Source of the DNA: Muribaculaceae bacterium
GTDB lineage: Bacteria > Bacteroidota > Bacteroidia > Bacteroidales > Muribaculaceae
NCBI GenBank assembly: GCA_017619935.1
Contig: JAFZRJ010000020.1
Location: 2,633 to 66,632 of the forward strand
Direction of reading: 5' to 3'
Length of the DNA stretch: 64,000 bases
Position numbers and translations under genes: made by a program
Notes under the pieces: model-generated
What the model was told of the DNA's origin: nothing
What the model saw: only the letters and a program-made list of their open reading frames with translations
Database searches by the model: none
Part shown: piece by piece, positions 59,409 to 64,000 of the stretch
How the letters are laid out: each line of letters opens with the position of its first letter
Position numbering within the stretch: the first letter of the stretch is position 1

Positions 59409-61355
59409 ATGAAACGATTACAAACATTGATGTTCTGCTTGCTCGCATGGACAGTGACGGTCGTGGGGCAGGTGGGTGCTATCCCGCGGTCCACACCAGC
59501 CGAGCAGGGGGTGGACCCCCAAGCCGTGCTTGATTTCATGCAGGCGTTGAATGCTGTTCCCGAGACCGAACTGCATCATGTGATGATTGCGCGTCACGGC
59601 CATGTGATAGCCGAACTGCATCCTGCGCCTTTCACCGCCACCGACGGTCACACCCTGTATAGCGAGAGCAAGACCTACACGTCGATGGCTGTGGGCATCG
59701 CGGTAGCAGAAAACCGTCTGCGCCTTACCGACCGTGTGGCTGCGTTCTTTCCCGAGAAGTTGCCCGACACCATCAGCGACAATCTGTCGAAGATGACCGT
59801 GCGTGACTTGCTGCTGATGACCAGTGGAATCACGCCCGATTGGGACATGCGCAACTTTCAGTCCGACTGGCTGAGCGGCTGGCTGGGCAAGCCTGTCGTC
59901 AAAGCGCCTGGAGAGAGTTTCCAGTACGATTCCATGTGCACTTTTCTGCTCTCGGCCATCGTGCAGCGAGTTACAGGCCGCACGCTTCTTGATTATCTGA
60001 AGGAAAAATTTTTCGGCCCCATGCACATCACCGATGTTGATTGGGAAACCAGTGTGGACGGCATCAACACGGGAGGTTGGGGGTTGCGGTTGCAGGCCGA
60101 GTCACAACTCAAGTTGGGTTTGCTCCTCCTGGCCAAGGGAAACTGGAACGGCCTTCAGTTGGTGCCTGCACAGTGGATTGAGGAGGCGATAAAACCACAC
60201 GTCCGTTACGACAACTACCAGCCCACCGACGCTCCCACCGATGGCAACCAAGGCTATGGCTATCAGATATGGAACTGCAAGTGGCCGGGTGCTTTCCGTG
60301 CCGATGGCGCCTATGGGCAATTTGTGGTGTGTGTGCCCGATGCCGACCTGGTGGTCGTAATCAACGAGATGACCTATAAAGGGCATGATGTGCTCGGGTG
60401 CATTTGGGACAAACTCATGCCGGGCATCAAGGATCAACCATTGCGACAAAATAAGAAGTTACAAAACGCCCTCACCACGTTGACGGCAGAAACCACGTTA
60501 CAGCCCCATGGCCTGAAGGAGAACCGCAATTTCACTTATCCCGTCACGTTGTCGCTGGAGGAGAACAAACATGGCTTGACCGCCATCACTCTCGACAAAA
60601 ATAACAAAGTGGTGCTGACTTATGCCGACGCTCCCGCAGAAACGCTCACTTATGGTGTGCCGAAAAAGAAAAATAAAACTGTCGATTGGGTGCGAAGTCC
60701 GTTGAGCGGTGTGCCGCCTTACTCGGTGGGTGCGTTGAACAAGCAGCGTGGCTTGCAACGTAATTTTGAAGCGGCGACCATGATGGGTTGGGACGATGCC
60801 GGTCGTGCCGTGCTCGATGTGTATTATGTGAACTGGATCAGCGCCACCACCTACACGATCGATTTCAATCAGCACACCGTACTGATTTGCGACAACTTCA
60901 ACAAAGCCAACCCCGAAACCGTCCACTTCATCAAGCAACAAGGCATAAATCAAAGGGTGGACCAAAATGAATCGTTTTTAATACCCAAGCACGAATCGCC
61001 CATGAAGGAGAAGCCCATGAACGACCACGTGAAAGACGCCTTTGGTAAGAGAGACAGTCGCAGTGCCAATCAAGGAGCCTTGAACGGAAAGCCCGGCATT
61101 GGCGGACTCGTGGGTTACACCCTGGAATACTGGGGACGGCCCCACAGCCGCTGGACCGGCTCGGTCACCGTGCGTGTGCGTGTCAATGCACGCGGAAAAG
61201 TCATTGAGGCCCACGCCGTGAGCGGAGAGGGAGAAGCATGGAGCCATCCCGAAGTGCGACGCAGTTGCGAACAAGAGTCGCTCAAGAGTTCATTCTCGCT
61301 GCCTAAGAATACCGAGACTGAAGGTGTTGGAAACATCACATGGACTTTTATCTAG
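59409..61355 (+). CDS. Serine hydrolase (beta-lactamase class C-like) with C-terminal TonB-C-like domain
   Basis: SESK (SxxK), LLLMTSG, FQYDS, GYGYQIW and ADGAYGQ; tail GSVTVRVRVNARGKV...GNITWTF. Confidence 0.8.
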   Translation: MKRLQTLMFCLLAWTVTVVGQVGAIPRSTPAEQGVDPQAVLDFMQALNAVPETELHHVMIARHGHVIAELHPAPFTATDGHTLYSESKTYTSMAVGIAVAENRLRLTDRVAAFFPEKLPDTISDNLSKMTVRDLLLMTSGITPDWDMRNFQSDWLSGWLGKPVVKAPGESFQYDSMCTFLLSAIVQRVTGRTLLDYLKEKFFGPMHITDVDWETSVDGINTGGWGLRLQAESQLKLGLLLLAKGNWNGLQLVPAQWIEEAIKPHVRYDNYQPTDAPTDGNQGYGYQIWNCKWPGAFRADGAYGQFVVCVPDADLVVVINEMTYKGHDVLGCIWDKLMPGIKDQPLRQNKKLQNALTTLTAETTLQPHGLKENRNFTYPVTLSLEENKHGLTAITLDKNNKVVLTYADAPAETLTYGVPKKKNKTVDWVRSPLSGVPPYSVGALNKQRGLQRNFEAATMMGWDDAGRAVLDVYYVNWISATTYTIDFNQHTVLICDNFNKANPETVHFIKQQGINQRVDQNESFLIPKHESPMKEKPMNDHVKDAFGKRDSRSANQGALNGKPGIGGLVGYTLEYWGRPHSRWTGSVTVRVRVNARGKVIEAHAVSGEGEAWSHPEVRRSCEQESLKSSFSLPKNTETEGVGNITWTFI

Positions 61356-61357
61356 CT

Positions 61358-62266
61358 ATGGCGGTGATACGGGATTTGGGAAAGCTCAAGCAGCGGTATT
61401 TGGCGTATTTGAAAGTGGAAAAAGGACTTTCGGGCAATACCGCCAAAGCCTATGCCGACGATTTGGACAAACTCACGCGTTACTTGGCCGATGTGGGACT
61501 TGCTGTCGATGGCGTGACTCACGACGACCTTGAACAGTTTGTGTGCGCGTTGCGTGATTTGGGCATCGGTGCTCGGTCGCAAGCCCGTATCATCAGCGGT
61601 GTGAAGAGCTTCTACAAGTTTCTGAAACTGGAGGGGTATATCGACAAGAATCCCACCCGGCTTTTGGTTTCGCCTCGCATGGGGCGCCACTTGCCCGAGG
61701 TGCTTACCGTGGAAGAAATCGACCGCATGGTCGCGTGCATAGACATGAGCAAACCCGAAGGTCAGCGTAACCGTGCCATCATTGAGACGCTTTATGGTTG
61801 TGGCTTGCGGGTGAGTGAACTGGTGGGGCTGAAAATGTCGCAAATCTATGCCGAAGATGAGTATGTGGTCGTGCAAGGTAAGGGCAACAAGCAGCGCGCG
61901 GTCCCCATTTCCCAAATGGCGCTGGAGCAGATTGAAAACTATGTGCAGCAAACGCGGTCGTCACAGACGGTGAAGCGTGGCAGCGAGGATATCCTGTTTC
62001 TGAACCGCCGTGGAGGGCAACTCACACGCGTGATGGTGTTCTACATCGTAAAAGAACTGTGCGAGTTAGCCGGCATTCGCAAGGTGGTGAGCCCGCACAC
62101 GTTGCGACATTCCTTTGCCACCCATCTGCTTGAAGGGGGCGCCAACTTGCGTGCCATCCAACAGATGCTGGGGCATGAAAGCATTACCACCACCGAGATT
62201 TATGTGCACATTGACCGCAGTCGCCTGCGCGACGAAATCTTGTTGCACCACCCCCGCAACAAGTAA
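61358..62266 (+). CDS. xerD: Site-specific tyrosine recombinase XerD
   Basis: EKGLSGNTAKAY, SQARIISG, LYGCGLRVSEL, GKGNKQR, HTLRHSFATHLLEGGA and LGHESITTTEIY. Confidence 0.88.
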   Translation: MAVIRDLGKLKQRYLAYLKVEKGLSGNTAKAYADDLDKLTRYLADVGLAVDGVTHDDLEQFVCALRDLGIGARSQARIISGVKSFYKFLKLEGYIDKNPTRLLVSPRMGRHLPEVLTVEEIDRMVACIDMSKPEGQRNRAIIETLYGCGLRVSELVGLKMSQIYAEDEYVVVQGKGNKQRAVPISQMALEQIENYVQQTRSSQTVKRGSEDILFLNRRGGQLTRVMVFYIVKELCELAGIRKVVSPHTLRHSFATHLLEGGANLRAIQQMLGHESITTTEIYVHIDRSRLRDEILLHHPRNK

Positions 62267-62276
62267 TCCCCATCCT

Positions 62277-63575
62277 TTAGATAAACATGGCCATATAAAG
62301 CGGCAGATAAGTGATTTTGTTGTCTTGTTGCACATTGCAGGGGGCAAGAACATAAGCGTGGAATTGGGCGGAAGACAAATCATTAATTGCTGTGTCTAGC
62401 GAAGTGTGCCGTTGATAATCTTTTCCCGATTTTACCTCAATAATACCGATTCCCGTGGGAGTGTCGAAGACAAAATCAAGTTCTTGCCGGCTTTTGCGGT
62501 CGTAGTAATAAGGGTGATGGCCATGCTTGACCAGTTCCGCTGCGACATAGTTCTCGGCAATAGATCCTTCATTGACCGATAGCTCATGATGAAGAATTGC
62601 TTCTTGAATGCCGTTCATGAACATATTGCACAACAACCCGGTATCGTGCAAATATATTTTGAACATATTTGGTTTGGCAAATGCTGCCAACGGTTGTTCT
62701 AATGCACTGACATTGTTGATGAGGTACGCGATTCCAGCATCTGCCAACCATTGTGTGGGAGATGAATACTTGCGCATAGAAGCATTTTTCTCAATTTGAG
62801 CAAGGATATAGCGTTTGTTTTGTTTGCTCAATTGCTGAGGAATTGTGTCAAATACACTTTTGGCGGAGAGTTTGTCGCGCCCAGCGTATTTTGAAATGTC
62901 ATCGCGATAACTGGTGATGATATCACGTTGCGTTTGTAATGTGAAATGAAAATCGGGAGACTCTTTGAATGTAGATACCACTGCTGGCATTCCACCAACA
63001 ATCATGAATTGGGCGAAACGTTCCATTACTTGTTGGTGCAGAAATTCTGGCACAGGATGATGACCGATAAAAGCATCACGAAGTGTGCCTATAACATCTT
63101 CTTCAATGCCAAACGCCCACAAAAATTCCTCGAAATCAAGTGGGTACATATTGATTTGGTGCTCAAATCCCACAGGATATGACGACACTTCACGATAGTT
63201 GATTCCTAATAGTGACCCAGATTCGATGTAATCCATTTTACCATCTTCTACTAGAAATTTTATGGCCGTACGTGCTTGTGGACAACTTTGGATTTCATCA
63301 AAGAAAACGAGTGTTTTTCCAGGGATAAATGGCCCAAACCCCATAATAGACAAGTTGGAAATAAGCGTGCGAGCATCGAGATTGCCCTCAAATGCTCGGC
63401 GTGCTGCAGGGGTCTGCTCAAAATTGATTTCAACAAAATGCTGATAGTGTTTTCTTGCAAAATGCCGAATGGATGTAGTCTTTCCCACTTGTCTGGCTCC
63501 TCGCAGTAAAAGGGCTTTTTTGTTGTGAGTTTTGTGCCATTTTTCTAACTCACTGTAAATCTTTCGTTTAAGCAT
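62277..63575 (-). CDS. AAA+ ATPase with DUF4143 and C-terminal PD-(D/E)XK-like domain (COG1373-type)
   Basis: GARQVGKT, FFDEIQ, SGSLL, VGGMP, KIYLHDTGLL, ENYV and ELDFV...IEVKS. AT-rich. Confidence 0.9.
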   Translation of the reverse strand: MLKRKIYSELEKWHKTHNKKALLLRGARQVGKTTSIRHFARKHYQHFVEINFEQTPAARRAFEGNLDARTLISNLSIMGFGPFIPGKTLVFFDEIQSCPQARTAIKFLVEDGKMDYIESGSLLGINYREVSSYPVGFEHQINMYPLDFEEFLWAFGIEEDVIGTLRDAFIGHHPVPEFLHQQVMERFAQFMIVGGMPAVVSTFKESPDFHFTLQTQRDIITSYRDDISKYAGRDKLSAKSVFDTIPQQLSKQNKRYILAQIEKNASMRKYSSPTQWLADAGIAYLINNVSALEQPLAAFAKPNMFKIYLHDTGLLCNMFMNGIQEAILHHELSVNEGSIAENYVAAELVKHGHHPYYYDRKSRQELDFVFDTPTGIGIIEVKSGKDYQRHTSLDTAINDLSSAQFHAYVLAPCNVQQDNKITYLPLYMAMFI

Positions 63576-63576
63576 A

Positions 63577-63694
63577 ATATTGCAACTTTTTGCGCGTTTT
63601 TATGTGGCAAAATTACAACTTTTTGCAAGAAATTCCAAGCGAAATTGCAACTTTTTGCAAGGTTTTAGGGGTCGAAATTACAACTTTTTGCAAG
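63577..63694. repeat. Four 20-bp direct repeats at 32-33 bp period
   Basis: AAATT(A/G)CAACTTTTTGCAAG at 63610, 63642 and 63675, plus a degenerate copy at 63577. Confidence 0.85.
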
Positions 63695-64000
63695 TTAGCC
63701 TGAACAAGCCCGGATGAAAATGAGGACAAGTGTCGCCACCAAGAACAATGAGAGGCAACTGCTGCAAGTGAAGGTGTAGGTCTTGTTGTCGGGCGTGTTG
63801 GTTGGTGCCTGATCTTGGCCCGCCTGATTTGGGACAGGGGTGCCGACGATGTAGGGGTTGGGAACCCCCATGTTGTGCGGGATGAGAATCTGCCGTGGAC
63901 CGCCACCATTGTAAGGCCCTACGATTCCGGCTTGCTCCAGTTGCATGAGAAGTGCCTGGGCGCGTTCGAGTGTGATGTTGAACCTGTCGCGCAGCATCAT
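63695..64000 (-). CDS. Partial protein with FtsK-gamma-like wHTH and C-terminal TM
   Basis: LRDRFNITLERAQALLMQLEQAGIVGPYNGGGPRQIL, then a hydrophobic tail. The 5' end lies outside the window. Confidence 0.65.
   Translation of the reverse strand: MMLRDRFNITLERAQALLMQLEQAGIVGPYNGGGPRQILIPHNMGVPNPYIVGTPVPNQAGQDQAPTNTPDNKTYTFTCSSCLSLFLVATLVLIFIRACSG

Noticed and set aside
61358-62266. Tyrosine recombinase as a prophage/ICE integrase, or as the mobiliser of the YhcG cassette
   Set aside because: The sequence is typical chromosomal XerD with host-like GC, embedded in a housekeeping operon, with no att sites or phage genes nearby.
63577-63694. Possible CRISPR mini-array
   Set aside because: Spacers of 12-13 bp are too short and there are no cas genes; better explained as an operator array.

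Overview
64-kb chromosomal window from a Bacteroidales bacterium. Indicators are TAnnTTTG promoters, T9SS PorW/SprE, fused SecDF and dockerin-tailed exported proteins; a Muribaculaceae-like lineage is inferred. Most of it is housekeeping: aroA, cvpA-sufBCDS, ssb, argR, secDF, psd-pssA, rpmF-fabH, nagB, two fadD paralogs, tRNA-Lys and tRNA-Leu, yfhO and xerD. Two things stand out. (1) An uncharacterised operon at 24986-34649 encodes a vWA lipoprotein, a 4-TM protein, a divergent tubulin/FtsZ-like GTPase, a 1149-aa actin/Hsp70-fold ATPase and two membrane-anchored adaptors. An AT-rich YhcG/DUF1016 nuclease gene is inserted in it between exact 29-bp direct repeats of the ATPase gene's first codons. 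(2) A dispersed non-coding element of about 280 bp (3 copies) is built from two inverted, sequence-diverged but structurally conserved units of C-GNA-G triloop hairpins, and it sits next to two other palindromic repeat families. Also seen: a catalytically degenerate ArgC, two candidate sRNAs, and a phased 20-bp repeat array upstream of an AAA+/DUF4143 gene. No CRISPR array, rRNA or intact transposase was found. All calls come from motif reading only; no searches were run.
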